From Rickettsiales bacterium (GTDB taxonomy: Bacteria; Pseudomonadota; Alphaproteobacteria; Rs-D84), in contig JAISHM010000006.1 of NCBI GenBank assembly GCA_031262525.1, positions 7,880 to 71,879 on the forward strand: a stretch of 64,000 bases of DNA, read 5' to 3'. Shown piece by piece: positions 8,974-19,678 of this stretch. The position numbers and the translations under genes were made by a program. The notes under the pieces were generated by a model. That model saw nothing but the letters and a program-made list of their open reading frames with translations, made no database searches and was not told the DNA's origin. Position 1 is the first letter of the stretch. Every line of letters starts with the position of its first letter.

Positions 8974-11769
8974 ATGAAAAAAATATTGCCCGTATCTTTG
9001 TTTGTATCTGTTTTTTCAATATCAGCATTCGCCGATATAATCACTTCAAATCAGTATATTAGTAATGGCGAAACAAAAAACTATACTGACCCAATTGCAG
9101 AAAATATGACCGATACTTATCCAGGGGTTGTATTTTATAACGAGGGAGAATTAAATATAACAAATGGGGAATTTAACACCAACTCTACAACTGGAAATAA
9201 TGGTTTTGGTGGTGTAATTATGAATTTAAATACGATTGGTTTGAAAAGCACTGTGTTCGATAAAAATACAGCAGAAAAAAGTGGCGGGGCAATTTATAAT
9301 GTCGGTTCTGCAAATATGGACGAAACACATTTTTCTGAAAATACAGGTGCATGGGGTGGCGCAATTTATAATGATGGCGGCGAGTTGGAGATTACAAATA
9401 GTTTATTCAGTAAAAATATAGGAACAACCGCAGGTGGCGCAATTTCCAGTTCAAATACAATAAATATAGAAAAAAGCACATTTTCTGAAAACGAAAGCGC
9501 ATGGGGTGGCGCGATTTATTCCACTGGCGATATAAATATAAAAGAAAGTTTGTTTGTGGATAATGATAGTGGTGCGAATTATGGTGGTGCAATATATATC
9601 CAGGGCGGTCAGACAGATATTTCAGATTCAAATTTTTCTGGTAATACCGCCAGTGGTGGCGGCGCAATCAGCGCAAGTACCGCGTCTGGTATAACTATTT
9701 CCATCACGGATAGTTTGTTTGAAAATAATTCTGTAACCGTTCAAGGTGGCGGTGCAATCAGTAATTATTCTTGGGGAGATGGTGTAATTGTTGATAATAC
9801 TATTTTCAGAAATAACCAAACAACAGGGACCACTCTGATAGATGGCACAGCTGCCGAAGGTGGTGGCGCAATGTTTTTTGGTTCTGATTCCGCAACATCG
9901 CTGACGAATAGTCAATTTATAAACAATACTTCTGTTATGAATGGTGGTGCGATTTCAATGCGAGCCAACAGGTTGGGGGACCAATCTTCTGCAAAACTTG
10001 ATATTAGTGATACAACTTTCAACACAAATGTTGCATCTGGAAACGGCGGCGCGATTTTTAATACTTTCTATGGCAGTGCCGCGGATGCTGATTTTGTAAA
10101 AATAAATAACTCTATTTTTTCAAACAATACTGCCGTAAATGGTGGCGCGGTTTATAATGATGGGACTGGTGACAAGATTGGTGGTATCGCGGCAATAAAG
10201 TTTGTTGGCGCAACATTTACAGATAATATCGCAACAACAAACGGCGGCGCGATTTATAACGCTGGTGGCGATATTTTGTTTTCTGGTGGCGCGACTTTTT
10301 CTGGGAACAAAGCAAATGGGGTGTTAAATGATATTTATAACACAGGTACTTTGACCTTTGATGGGGGAATTGTTGCGCTGGATGGTGGAATTGTTGGGGC
10401 TGGCGAAGTTGAATTTACAAACGGAACTTCGTTAAAAGCCAGTTTAACAGGTACAAATCCAATTATAACAACCAGTAAATTGTCAGGAACAATAAATCTG
10501 GTTGTAACCAATGTGAATGGCGGGCAAATTGTGTTTGATGCAGGTGAAGACACCCTGGTAATCAATAATAATAATTCTTTGTATGATATCACGGGTGTGT
10601 CAGGAACCTGGACAATCGCAAAGAGAAATACAGACGAGATATTATCAAATATCGGCGCATCAAATGAAGATGCAGAAATGGTTGCCGGGATAATGGCGGG
10701 GGATTCTAATAATGATAGTTTTAACTCTCTGCAAAATGAGATTACCGCACTGATGCAAAATGATTATACAAAAGCGACAGCAATTAAAATGTTGCGTGAA
10801 ATGGCGCCGACCAAGGCACCAACCATAGTAAGTAATTCGGTTCAGACGACCGGCGCTGTGATGAAATCTGTGGGGACGCGATTTAGTGGCGGTGGAATTA
10901 GCAGCGGAATGTCATCTGGTGATTATGTTTATGGTGATACAGCAGTATGGGCCCAGGGTTTGTATAACAAATCAAAATTGACGGGCGCAAATGGATACAA
11001 GTCAGATTCTTATGGTATATCGGCTGGGTTGGAAAGTGAATTGACCAGGGGGGTAAAATTGGGTTTGGGGTATGCATTTACTGAAACAACTATTGAACCA
11101 TTTGCGAATTCAACTGATATCAACTCAAACACTTTTGTATTATACGGGGAATATAAACCATTACATTTATACGGATTCCAAGATGCTGGAAATTGGTATG
11201 TGAATTCTATATTGTCCTATACAAACAGCGTATATGACAATGATAACAAGGTTGGATTAAATCATATTATGGCGAATTATGAAACGGATACATTGGCGGC
11301 GCAAATGATGACTGGTTATGATATTCATGCGTTTGATTTGAATTCCAATAAACTTTTTACAATGACGCCAGAGATTGGATTGCGTTATATGAATATCAAA
11401 CAATATGATTATACGAATAGTATCGGGAGTTTTTACAAAGGTAAAAAATACGATATCTTGACAGGGTTGGCAGGTGTGAAATTGGCAACAGACTTTTATC
11501 TGTCTGATAACTTTATGTTGCGACCAGAATTGCGAATTGGGCTTACATACGATATGTATAATGCGGATGGTTCGTCGGTTATGCGGCTTGCGAATGGTTC
11601 AACGATTGTTACAAATGGCGGTGCGCTGGATAGGTTAGCAACCGAGATTGGATTTGGCTTGACGGCAAGTTTGTCTGGAAATGTTGATTTCAGTTTAATT
11701 TACGAAGGGCAATTCCGTGATGGTTATTCTGATAATACCGGGATAGCAATGTTAAAAATATATTTCTAG
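8974..11769 (+). CDS. autotransporter outer membrane protein with Pmp-type (FxxN/GGAI) repeats
   Basis: Signal peptide MKKILPVSLFVSVFSISAFA. About 12 tandem F-x-x-N...GGA[IV] units (e.g. FSENTGAWGGAIYNDG). The C-terminal beta-barrel region of about 280 aa ends in aromatic ...AMLKIYF. GGGAG lies 8 nt upstream of the ATG at 8974; the alternative ATG at 8953 is less likely. Confidence 0.8.
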   Translation: MKKILPVSLFVSVFSISAFADIITSNQYISNGETKNYTDPIAENMTDTYPGVVFYNEGELNITNGEFNTNSTTGNNGFGGVIMNLNTIGLKSTVFDKNTAEKSGGAIYNVGSANMDETHFSENTGAWGGAIYNDGGELEITNSLFSKNIGTTAGGAISSSNTINIEKSTFSENESAWGGAIYSTGDINIKESLFVDNDSGANYGGAIYIQGGQTDISDSNFSGNTASGGGAISASTASGITISITDSLFENNSVTVQGGGAISNYSWGDGVIVDNTIFRNNQTTGTTLIDGTAAEGGGAMFFGSDSATSLTNSQFINNTSVMNGGAISMRANRLGDQSSAKLDISDTTFNTNVASGNGGAIFNTFYGSAADADFVKINNSIFSNNTAVNGGAVYNDGTGDKIGGIAAIKFVGATFTDNIATTNGGAIYNAGGDILFSGGATFSGNKANGVLNDIYNTGTLTFDGGIVALDGGIVGAGEVEFTNGTSLKASLTGTNPIITTSKLSGTINLVVTNVNGGQIVFDAGEDTLVINNNNSLYDITGVSGTWTIAKRNTDEILSNIGASNEDAEMVAGIMAGDSNNDSFNSLQNEITALMQNDYTKATAIKMLREMAPTKAPTIVSNSVQTTGAVMKSVGTRFSGGGISSGMSSGDYVYGDTAVWAQGLYNKSKLTGANGYKSDSYGISAGLESELTRGVKLGLGYAFTETTIEPFANSTDINSNTFVLYGEYKPLHLYGFQDAGNWYVNSILSYTNSVYDNDNKVGLNHIMANYETDTLAAQMMTGYDIHAFDLNSNKLFTMTPEIGLRYMNIKQYDYTNSIGSFYKGKKYDILTGLAGVKLATDFYLSDNFMLRPELRIGLTYDMYNADGSSVMRLANGSTIVTNGGALDRLATEIGFGLTASLSGNVDFSLIYEGQFRDGYSDNTGIAMLKIYF

Positions 11770-11770
11770 G

Positions 11771-11804
11771 AAAAAAAATATCCGAATTTTTTCGGATATT
11801 TTTT
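11771..11804 (+). terminator. rho-independent terminator
   Basis: ATATCCGAA-TTTT-TTCGGATAT hairpin flanked by an A-run and a T-run, immediately after the autotransporter stop. Confidence 0.75.
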
Positions 11805-11829
11805 ATGGGTTTGGTGTTAAAATTATCTT

Positions 11830-12573
11830 ATGCGGTATTTGTTTGTTTTTTTATTTTTTTTAACTGGATGCGCTGGATTACAAATCCCAAGTGATTTTAA
11901 ATATTATGATATTAAAACAGATTTTTTTACAATCGCGTCATGGCAAAAAATTACAACCGATGATGGTGTGATAAAAGTCTATATAGAGGGCGACGGACAC
12001 GCGTTTAATCGTCTGGGGCGACCAACATCTGACCCAACGCCCCATGGAACACTTGTGCGGGATTTAGCCTTTGCGGATACTTCGGAAAATGTGGTGTATT
12101 TGGCGCGACCTTGTCAATTTATACAAGGGGGGGGGTGTGATAAAAAGTATTGGACGACTGCGCGTTTCTCCCAGGAAGTAATTCAGTCAGAATATATAGC
12201 AATAAAAAAAATAGCGGGTTCCAGACCTGTTGTTTTAATTGGATATTCTGGTGGGGCACAGGTCGCAGGGTTGTTGGCGACAACAACAAATCTGAATATA
12301 AAAAAAGTTATAACATTGGCGGGGAATTTGGATTTTAATACCTGGACATCTGAATTTAATATGCCGCCATTATCTGAATCTTTGGCTTTGGAAAATTATA
12401 AAAAAGATTTTATGAAAATATCACAAATACATTATGTTGGGGAATTTGATAAAATTATTCCTATGAAAATTACAACCGATTTTGTTGGTTCTGAAAATGT
12501 GGTTGTTGTGCCTGGGGCAGACCACAGCAAAGGATTTGAAGTAATATATACAAAAATATGGAATGAAAATTAG
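11830..12573 (+). CDS. lipoprotein, alpha/beta-hydrolase-like
   Basis: Lipobox FFLTGC. G-Y-S-G-G nucleophile-elbow motif (LIGYSGGAQVAG) and late PGADH. 247 aa. Confidence 0.5.
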   Translation: MRYLFVFLFFLTGCAGLQIPSDFKYYDIKTDFFTIASWQKITTDDGVIKVYIEGDGHAFNRLGRPTSDPTPHGTLVRDLAFADTSENVVYLARPCQFIQGGGCDKKYWTTARFSQEVIQSEYIAIKKIAGSRPVVLIGYSGGAQVAGLLATTTNLNIKKVITLAGNLDFNTWTSEFNMPPLSESLALENYKKDFMKISQIHYVGEFDKIIPMKITTDFVGSENVVVVPGADHSKGFEVIYTKIWNEN

Positions 12574-12665
12574 TTATAAACGGATTGAAGTATAGTGGAT
12601 AATCCTTGCATTATTTACAATCTGGGTATAGAATGAGCCCTGTGTTTCTAAATAGAATATAATTT

Positions 12666-14228
12666 ATGAATTTATACCAGTATCTTAAAAATGCCGCAGA
12701 TTCCGCGCCGAATAAACTCTTTTTAATCAAAGAATCTGTTTCGTATTCTGAATTTATAAAACGGATTGCGCGTCGCGCCGCAATATTGGAATCCGATGGT
12801 GTAGTTGCTGGTGATGTTGTTGGAATTTTGGCGCGTAATATCCCAGAATTTTTGATTACAGCATGGGCCGCTTGGCAAGTTGGTGCGCGTGTTTTGTTAT
12901 TGGATAATAAATTGACCCATGATGATTATGAAAATATGACATCTCTGGTAAATTGTAAAATAGTCTATGCCGAAGAGAGGTTTATTTTCCAAACAAAAAA
13001 GATTAAATTTTGTGATATTTGCGCCCCAGACAAAGATATAAAAAAAACACCGAAAATTGTTGATGTTTCGGGTGATGAAATTGCAACTCTTCAATTTACA
13101 TCGGGTTCAACCGGCGTGCCAAAAATTGTCCCATTGACCCATAATAATTTAATTGCGGCGGCAGACGGACTGGAAGACCTGCGTGGCTATATTGACGATG
13201 GCGATGACTTTTTATTATTCTTGCCATTGTTTCATATTTTTGGATTGGCATTTATTACGTTAAATGCAATTCATTATCGTGGTGGTGTTGTTTTGGAAAC
13301 ATCGGGCAACCCGCGCGAGATTGTTAAAAACTTCCGTATTTACAAACCGCGTGTTGTTCCGGCAGTGCCACGAATTTGGGAAATTATTCGTAATATGATA
13401 ATTTCTGAATATAAAAATCATGGAACTTGGTCGGCGGCAAATTGGATTTTGCGACATCAAAAATTATTGCGATTTTTTCATCTAAACCAGCTTGTGCGTC
13501 AAATGCAATGGCCGGTTCATGAAATGTTTGGGCGCCGGCGCGCGACCTTGATTGGTGGGGGGGCCGCGGTAAAACCAGAAATTATTGAATTTTTTGAGTG
13601 GTTCGGTTTTGATTTCTTACAAGGGTATGGTTTGACCGAGGGAAGCGGCCCAAATTGTGTATCTTTACCGCGCCCTGGACGATATGTGGGCAGTGTGGGT
13701 ATGCCATTGCGTCCAAATGACTTTAGAATACAAAATCAAGATAAGTCGGGTGTTGGTGAATTATGGCTGCGCGGGCCAATGATTTTTTCTGGGTATTTGG
13801 ATAATGTTGCTGCGACCAATGAAATTTTTAATAATGGCTGGATGAATACTGGCGACCTGGCACGCACGGATAAAAACGGCGAAATTCATATTTGTGGGCG
13901 CGCGAAAAATGTTATTGTTTTGGGGTCTGGGAAAAATGTTTTTCCAGATGAGTTAGAGGCTGCATACATAACAATTGACGGCGTAAAAAATGTTATGGTT
14001 ATTGAATTTGATGGGCGTGTATTCGGTATTTTCCAGGTTGATGACTATATAACTTTGGAAAAATTGGGCGCAAAAATAGAAGTTGTAAATAAAAAAATTG
14101 CGCCATATAAACAGGTGGTGCATTTTGCAATAACTACCGAAAATTTACCCGCAACCAGCAGTGGAAAAAACAGACACTTTATCGCCAAAGAATTGTTAAA
14201 AGCGGGCGCATACCCAAACCGAAAATAA
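12666..14228 (+). CDS. AMP-dependent synthetase/ligase (acyl-CoA synthetase-like), paralog A
   Basis: ANL motifs TSGSTGVPK, GYGLTE, TGDLAR and SGKN. 520 aa. Collinear with ORF 23600-25180, with the same N-terminus (MN.Y.YL) and C-terminus (AG.YPNRK). Confidence 0.8.
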   Translation: MNLYQYLKNAADSAPNKLFLIKESVSYSEFIKRIARRAAILESDGVVAGDVVGILARNIPEFLITAWAAWQVGARVLLLDNKLTHDDYENMTSLVNCKIVYAEERFIFQTKKIKFCDICAPDKDIKKTPKIVDVSGDEIATLQFTSGSTGVPKIVPLTHNNLIAAADGLEDLRGYIDDGDDFLLFLPLFHIFGLAFITLNAIHYRGGVVLETSGNPREIVKNFRIYKPRVVPAVPRIWEIIRNMIISEYKNHGTWSAANWILRHQKLLRFFHLNQLVRQMQWPVHEMFGRRRATLIGGGAAVKPEIIEFFEWFGFDFLQGYGLTEGSGPNCVSLPRPGRYVGSVGMPLRPNDFRIQNQDKSGVGELWLRGPMIFSGYLDNVAATNEIFNNGWMNTGDLARTDKNGEIHICGRAKNVIVLGSGKNVFPDELEAAYITIDGVKNVMVIEFDGRVFGIFQVDDYITLEKLGAKIEVVNKKIAPYKQVVHFAITTENLPATSSGKNRHFIAKELLKAGAYPNRK

Positions 14229-14454
14229 TTATTGAAATTTTGTAAAAATATAATAAACTATTGTTCGTTGTGATGAATAATTTGTAATCAGTAATTATTC
14301 CGCGAACTATGACACGACTGACAATCGAAGAGTTTTACAACAAAATCAAAGGCAATTATAAATGATGATTATAAATTTATAATTGTGAATCCAGGGTGGC
14401 ACCGCGTTATAAAAATCTACGCCCCTGGGAAATTAAAAACAAAAGGTGTTAAAA

Positions 14455-16221
14455 ATGACTTTATCTTTGCAATCAAAATATCGTACACATACTTGCGGGG
14501 AATTATCTGCAAAAAATGTCGGCGAGAGTGTTGTTTTATCTGGCTGGGTTCATCGCAAACGCGACCATGGTGGTTTGTTGTTTATTGACTTGCGTGATAA
14601 TTATGGGATTACACAATGTGTTTTAGATAATATGGCGGGCGCTTCGGATATTCGCCCTGAATCAGTTATTACAATTCGTGGAAATGTTGCAAAGCGTGAT
14701 GATACAGCGATAAATAAAAAAATTCCAACTGGTGAAATTGAAATACAAACTGGGTCTTATGAAATTTTAACATCGTCTGATGTTTTGCCTTTCCAAGTAT
14801 TTGGTGATGATGGCAGTGTTGCCGAAGATTTAAGATTAAAATACAGATACATTGACCTGCGTCGTGAATCGCTGCATCACAATATATTATTTCGCAATAG
14901 CGTATTAAAGTTCGCGCGGGACAAGATGTGGGATTTTGGTTTTTCGGAATTTCAGACACCGGTTTTGACGGCAAGCAGTCCAGAAGGTGCGCGCGACTTT
15001 ATTGTGCCATCGCGTCATCATCATGGACAATTTTACGCGCTGCCCCAGGCACCACAAGTATTCAAGCAATTGACACAGGTTGCAGGATTTGACCGATATT
15101 TTCAGATTGCGCCATGTTTTCGCGACGAAGATTTGAGGTCTGATAGATTGCTGGAATTTTACCAATTGGATTTGGAAATGAGTTTTGTTGATTTATCTGA
15201 TATTCAGGAAATCGGAAATAAATTATTACCGGCAATAATTAAAAAATTTGCGCCGAATAAAAAATTGGTTGATGAAATACCGCATATTACTTTTGATGAA
15301 TCCATGTTGAAATATGGAAATGACAAACCGGACCTGCGCAATCCGATTGAAATTTTTGATGTGTCGGAAATTTTCGCAGATTCAGAATTTTTGGTGTTTT
15401 CAAATGCGGTAAAAAATGGTAGTGTTGTTCGCGCAATCCCAGCGCCGAATACCGCGGACAAGCCTCGTTCGTTCTTTGATAAATTAGGTGAGTTTGCAAC
15501 CAGTGAATTGGGACTGGCGGGACTGGCGTATATCTCAATGGGCGCAGATGGCGCAAAGGGACCAGTTGCAAAAAAATTAAATGAATCCCAAATCGCAAAA
15601 TTAAATTTGGGGCAGGGGGACACACTTTTCTTTGTGTGTGATGTGCCGAATGTTGCGGCCAAAGCGGCGGGAAAACTGCGTGATAAATTGGGCGCGGATT
15701 TGGAGCTGATAGATGAAAACGAAATGCGTTTGTGTTGGGTTGAATCATTCCCGTTTTTCGAGGAAACAGATGAATCACCAACCGGGATTGGTATGACACA
15801 TAATCCATTTTCTTATCCCTTGGCGACGCTTTCAGAACTGGATACAAAAAATCCGTTGGATATAAAGGCCGCTCAGTTTGATATGGTATTAAATGGCGCG
15901 GAAATTTGTTCTGGTGGATTACGCAACTATCAACCAGATGTTATGTTAAAGGTTTTCAGTATTGCGGGATATCCAGAAGAAGAAGTAAAAAAGAACTTTG
16001 CGGGTTTATACACTGCGTTTCAATACGGGGTTCCACCGCACGGCGGATGTGCATTTGGAATTGACCGGATTATCCAAATTATGTGTGATGCAAATAACCT
16101 GCGCGAGGTTGTAATGTTTCCAACCAATCAACGCGGTCAGGATTTAATGCTGGGGGCGCCACGCGAAGTTACCGAACAGCAACTGCGTGATGTGCATATC
16201 CAGGTTCGTAAAAAAGGATAA
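14455..16221 (+). CDS. aspS: aspartyl-tRNA synthetase
   Basis: Bacterial-type AspRS of about 588 aa with YRTHTCGEL, FRDEDLRSDR, and class II motif 3 GGCAFGIDR. The ATG at 14455 with AAAGG upstream is preferred over the GTG at 14446. Confidence 0.93.
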   Translation: MTLSLQSKYRTHTCGELSAKNVGESVVLSGWVHRKRDHGGLLFIDLRDNYGITQCVLDNMAGASDIRPESVITIRGNVAKRDDTAINKKIPTGEIEIQTGSYEILTSSDVLPFQVFGDDGSVAEDLRLKYRYIDLRRESLHHNILFRNSVLKFARDKMWDFGFSEFQTPVLTASSPEGARDFIVPSRHHHGQFYALPQAPQVFKQLTQVAGFDRYFQIAPCFRDEDLRSDRLLEFYQLDLEMSFVDLSDIQEIGNKLLPAIIKKFAPNKKLVDEIPHITFDESMLKYGNDKPDLRNPIEIFDVSEIFADSEFLVFSNAVKNGSVVRAIPAPNTADKPRSFFDKLGEFATSELGLAGLAYISMGADGAKGPVAKKLNESQIAKLNLGQGDTLFFVCDVPNVAAKAAGKLRDKLGADLELIDENEMRLCWVESFPFFEETDESPTGIGMTHNPFSYPLATLSELDTKNPLDIKAAQFDMVLNGAEICSGGLRNYQPDVMLKVFSIAGYPEEEVKKNFAGLYTAFQYGVPPHGGCAFGIDRIIQIMCDANNLREVVMFPTNQRGQDLMLGAPREVTEQQLRDVHIQVRKKG

Positions 16222-16254
16222 TCTACCTATTTTTATACTTTGATTAAAATGATA

Positions 16255-16285
16255 AAATCCCCCATATAGACCAAGGGGGATTTTT
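16255..16285 (+). terminator. rho-independent terminator after aspS
   Basis: AATCCCCC...GGGGGATT hairpin followed by TTTTT. Confidence 0.65.
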
Positions 16286-16618
16286 ATGCATCAACACAAA
16301 TTGACCACAGGACAGATTATAAAACTGACCGATAAATTGCGTTTAACGCCATTCCAGGTTATGATGATGACAGAACATGGCGACAGATACAATATTGAAA
16401 AACTGGTTAAAAAAGGCGATGTTTTATATGCGCCACTGCGTAAATCAGTATTTAATTTTTTTGGTGCGCGCGCAGATTTAATCGGCGCATCAAAAGTTTT
16501 GGTTCGTGAAAATCGTCGTATTAAATTATATCCAACTGGTTTTTATAGTGTCGGATTAAAATACTTTGACCCGATGGGGCGGCAACTGACGCGAAAATTA
16601 TTTTACAAAATAGTGTAA
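16286..16618 (+). CDS. hypothetical protein
   Basis: 110 aa ORF. No motif recognised. Confidence 0.3.
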   Translation: MHQHKLTTGQIIKLTDKLRLTPFQVMMMTEHGDRYNIEKLVKKGDVLYAPLRKSVFNFFGARADLIGASKVLVRENRRIKLYPTGFYSVGLKYFDPMGRQLTRKLFYKIV

Positions 16619-16632
16619 AAAATAATCCATGC

Positions 16633-17772
16633 TTATGGATTATTTACAATACTTTTAATAAAATCATATTCCCTTGCACGCAATGAGTTTATTTTATTAG
16701 TGTTGTATTTTGTTGCTAATGATTCTTCCAACCTATCAACAATAAATTCAGAATCAAATAACTTATGCGGAGTAATTGCAAAACTTTGGCGTCCTAGTAA
16801 ATCAAAGAAAAATTTTAATTTGTTATTCCATACCAAACCAACCGATGGGACACCCAAAGATGTTGCCAATATATTTGCATGCATCCTCCCTGCGATTATT
16901 CCGCGAAATCCCGCAATATCTGATAATAATTGTTGTGGTGATTCCGGTCTGTTCAGAATACAAATATCAAAACCACAATTTTTCTTTATTTCTTTTGCAG
17001 TTTCATAATCTGATATACTGCCGTTTGTAAATAATGTAATTTTATATCCGCGGGCAATCATACATCTAATTAAATCAGAATAAATTTTTATAGTATCTGT
17101 ACCTGATATTTTAATCCCGTTATCTTTGAATATTCGCTTGCGCACGATTCCGATACCAATAATATCACTTTTTTTATTATGTGTAATTTTTGGATTTGCG
17201 TCCGCATAGAATAATGCCGGGTCCCCAACAATGCAACTTTTATCGCGCGGAAATTTATATTTTTCTTGCAATACCCAAAGGTCATCACGAACGGATATTT
17301 TTGCGATATTTTGCAATGATTTTTGTAGCACACGGCAATACAGATTATTTTTGTCGTATCCCTCGACCCCTACTGCATTCATATACAAAGGCGTTTTGTT
17401 TTCAGTACATACTATTTGCAAAGCATAAATAGCCGCCCATAACCATTCATACCTGTATTTTATTAAACCACCACCGGCCAACACAACAACATCCGCGTCA
17501 ATTACCAAAGATTTGTAGTGTTCGTAAAAATTTCTTTTTTTTAACGCGCCTTTCCATGCGCGAAATACAAAATATCTTTTTATAAATTTTGGAAGATGTC
17601 TAAATCTGCGACTTGCTTTTGCCAAAAAATTTATATGATTGTCTGGAATCAAAGAATTAGTTGTCACCAAGTCATTATCATTCATAATACTTTGGAATAA
17701 ATACCGCGCAGATTCAAGTATTGCGCCATCACCATGATTATTATTCAAAAGTCCAATAAGTGCTATTTTCAT
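16633..17772 (-). CDS. polysaccharide pyruvyl transferase family protein
   Basis: 379 aa. The N-terminus MKIALIGLLNNNHGDGAILESA is typical of the PS_pyruv_trans family. It has a 4-nt overlap with the upstream gene. Confidence 0.5.
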   Translation of the reverse strand: MKIALIGLLNNNHGDGAILESARYLFQSIMNDNDLVTTNSLIPDNHINFLAKASRRFRHLPKFIKRYFVFRAWKGALKKRNFYEHYKSLVIDADVVVLAGGGLIKYRYEWLWAAIYALQIVCTENKTPLYMNAVGVEGYDKNNLYCRVLQKSLQNIAKISVRDDLWVLQEKYKFPRDKSCIVGDPALFYADANPKITHNKKSDIIGIGIVRKRIFKDNGIKISGTDTIKIYSDLIRCMIARGYKITLFTNGSISDYETAKEIKKNCGFDICILNRPESPQQLLSDIAGFRGIIAGRMHANILATSLGVPSVGLVWNNKLKFFFDLLGRQSFAITPHKLFDSEFIVDRLEESLATKYNTNKINSLRAREYDFIKSIVNNP

Positions 17773-18809
17773 TTATATGTACTGATATGATATCTGTTTT
17801 TGTGTAAAAATACCCGCGCTAAAATAACACGAATCATATATTTTAATCTGATAAAATAAGGTATTCGTTTGTTTTTGTTCTTGTCCAATTTCATTACGCG
17901 CAACAATGCGATTGCTGGGTATATATTTTTTATTTGTGATTCGCGACTATCAAAACCAGTAATTTTTTTGCATGTGGCAACCAAGTTTTTTGCAATCTTT
18001 TTATATTCAATTGGATTTGGTGGCGGATTATTAAAGTCATACACACTTTTATTTTGTATAAATTCTGTGAAAGTAGATTTATTAAAACATTTATCATTTC
18101 CACCAAACCTGCTGAAATTTTCGGGGTGTTTTCCATATAAATGCAAACATGGCGTTCCCAATGCGACCGCCGGCATACACGAATGCAAATTAGATGATAC
18201 AACACAATGTGCCCCTTGGATTGTTGCCAGCATCGCCTCGGCTATGTCCATAGTTTCAACACAATCGCCAACCCAACCGACCCATTTTGATATATTAAAC
18301 ACAGGATGATTTCCGGCGCGTTGTTGAACTATGTCAACCAATTTATCATCTAAATCTATGCATAAAATATAATCATCGCGTTTGATTTTCGGATTTGGTA
18401 ATAGTGTAGATGTTAAACAACCACTGAAATATGATGGAACGCCAACCGCTTCTAGTAATTTAACGCTGTCCATATCGCGACACCCAACAGGTCCCCATTT
18501 TTTTAACCATTCCACTGATTTTTTTGATGAAAAAGTTTTATATAAACTTTTATGCATATGCATTGAAATACATAATGGAATTATGTCATCTTTTGGTGGC
18601 CAAATTTTTTTTACCAGTTTATCGTATGTTCCCCACCACGCGTTTAATATAATTTTTACTGGGAATTTTCCATTACCCAATGCGATTTGTTCGCGCGGAA
18701 CATATCGGTCAATATGCGGCAAAAATCGACGCGCAGCCAAACTTTGCACTGTATCACCAATGTTTGTGCAGTTATAAACCATTAAACCGAATTTATCTTT
18801 ATCATTCAT
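17769..18809 (-). CDS. polysaccharide pyruvyl transferase-like protein
   Basis: 346 aa. NCTNIGDTVQSLAARRFLP resembles the N.GD.iQslaa..flp signature. It has a 4-nt overlap with the upstream SDR gene. Confidence 0.4.
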   Translation of the reverse strand: MNDKDKFGLMVYNCTNIGDTVQSLAARRFLPHIDRYVPREQIALGNGKFPVKIILNAWWGTYDKLVKKIWPPKDDIIPLCISMHMHKSLYKTFSSKKSVEWLKKWGPVGCRDMDSVKLLEAVGVPSYFSGCLTSTLLPNPKIKRDDYILCIDLDDKLVDIVQQRAGNHPVFNISKWVGWVGDCVETMDIAEAMLATIQGAHCVVSSNLHSCMPAVALGTPCLHLYGKHPENFSRFGGNDKCFNKSTFTEFIQNKSVYDFNNPPPNPIEYKKIAKNLVATCKKITGFDSRESQIKNIYPAIALLRVMKLDKNKNKRIPYFIRLKYMIRVILARVFLHKNRYHISTYK

Positions 18810-19678
18810 TTTTTATTCCAAAGTTTTCGCAATATACGGGAAAGTAAATTTTCTGTTCTTTGATTTGTTTTTAGTTTTTTTACAAAACGATAATCGTATC
18901 TCATTTTATTATTTATTCGCTTAAAACGGCGCACAGCATTTACCCCCAATACCATATACATTGGTAATTCGCTTTGCGCAGCAATAGTTTCAATTATATC
19001 ATTAGCCGCGATTTCAATATCCCCAAATCCCTTTTTTTGCAAGTATTGTTCGGTTATCTGTTCTTTTTCTGTGTCATTTTTATCCATATTTTCCAAAGAA
19101 TTTAATCGTATGTTTGTCGGAAACTTTCCTGGATTTATACTCATACTGCGTATTTTATTGTTCTTTTTGTTCCGCAGCGCCTGGGTCATACCATTGACTG
19201 CATTTTTGCTTATACCATATAAAACCTGACCCTCATAAAAAGCATCCAGCCCGTCAATACTGGATACATTTATAATTGCGCTGTGGATTTCATTTGGCAT
19301 ATATGGCAATACATCGCGGGTCATATTTATAATACCAAAGACATTTGTTTCAAACAAAGCCCGCATTTTATCGTTATCAAAATCCATTATGTCCGCAACA
19401 TAATTTATACCGGCATTATTGACCAGAATATCTATTTTTCCAAACTTTTTTACCGCGGCTTTAATCGCCAATTTAATAGATTTCTCATCTGTGACATCCA
19501 TTGCGACACATAATACATTTTTGTATTCAGATAAATAATTCAGAGATTCTATCCGTCGTGCAGTCGCAACAACATTATATCCGTGCTTTATCGCCGCCAA
19601 CGCTATTGCGCGTCCAAAACCAGTGGAAGTTCCAGTTATAAAAATTACAGAGTCATTGGGAATTCTAAATTTTTTCAT
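18806..19678 (-). CDS. SDR-family oxidoreductase
   Basis: ITGTSTGFGRAIA Rossmann motif, NNAG, and catalytic Y-x3-K (LYGISKNA). The start is taken at MKKFRIPN (19678); the ORF track extends to 19714. Confidence 0.7.
   Translation of the reverse strand: MKKFRIPNDSVIFITGTSTGFGRAIALAAIKHGYNVVATARRIESLNYLSEYKNVLCVAMDVTDEKSIKLAIKAAVKKFGKIDILVNNAGINYVADIMDFDNDKMRALFETNVFGIINMTRDVLPYMPNEIHSAIINVSSIDGLDAFYEGQVLYGISKNAVNGMTQALRNKKNNKIRSMSINPGKFPTNIRLNSLENMDKNDTEKEQITEQYLQKKGFGDIEIAANDIIETIAAQSELPMYMVLGVNAVRRFKRINNKMRYDYRFVKKLKTNQRTENLLSRILRKLWNKK

Noticed and set aside
12127-12135. G9 tract in the lipoprotein hydrolase gene, and G8 tracts in fabI (33404-33411, 33484-33491), considered as further phase-variable sites.
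   Set aside because: All are in frame and encode Gly-Gly(-Gly) within intact ORFs. Only the G10 in the addB-like gene coincides with a frame break.
14353-14429. Inverted repeat CAATTATAAAT-N11-ATTTATAATTG and hairpin CCAGGG...CCCTGG upstream of aspS, considered as a riboswitch, T-box or attenuator.
   Set aside because: There are no recognisable conserved riboswitch or T-box elements and no T-run after the hairpin. The AT-rich inverted repeat could arise by chance, so the evidence is too weak to call.
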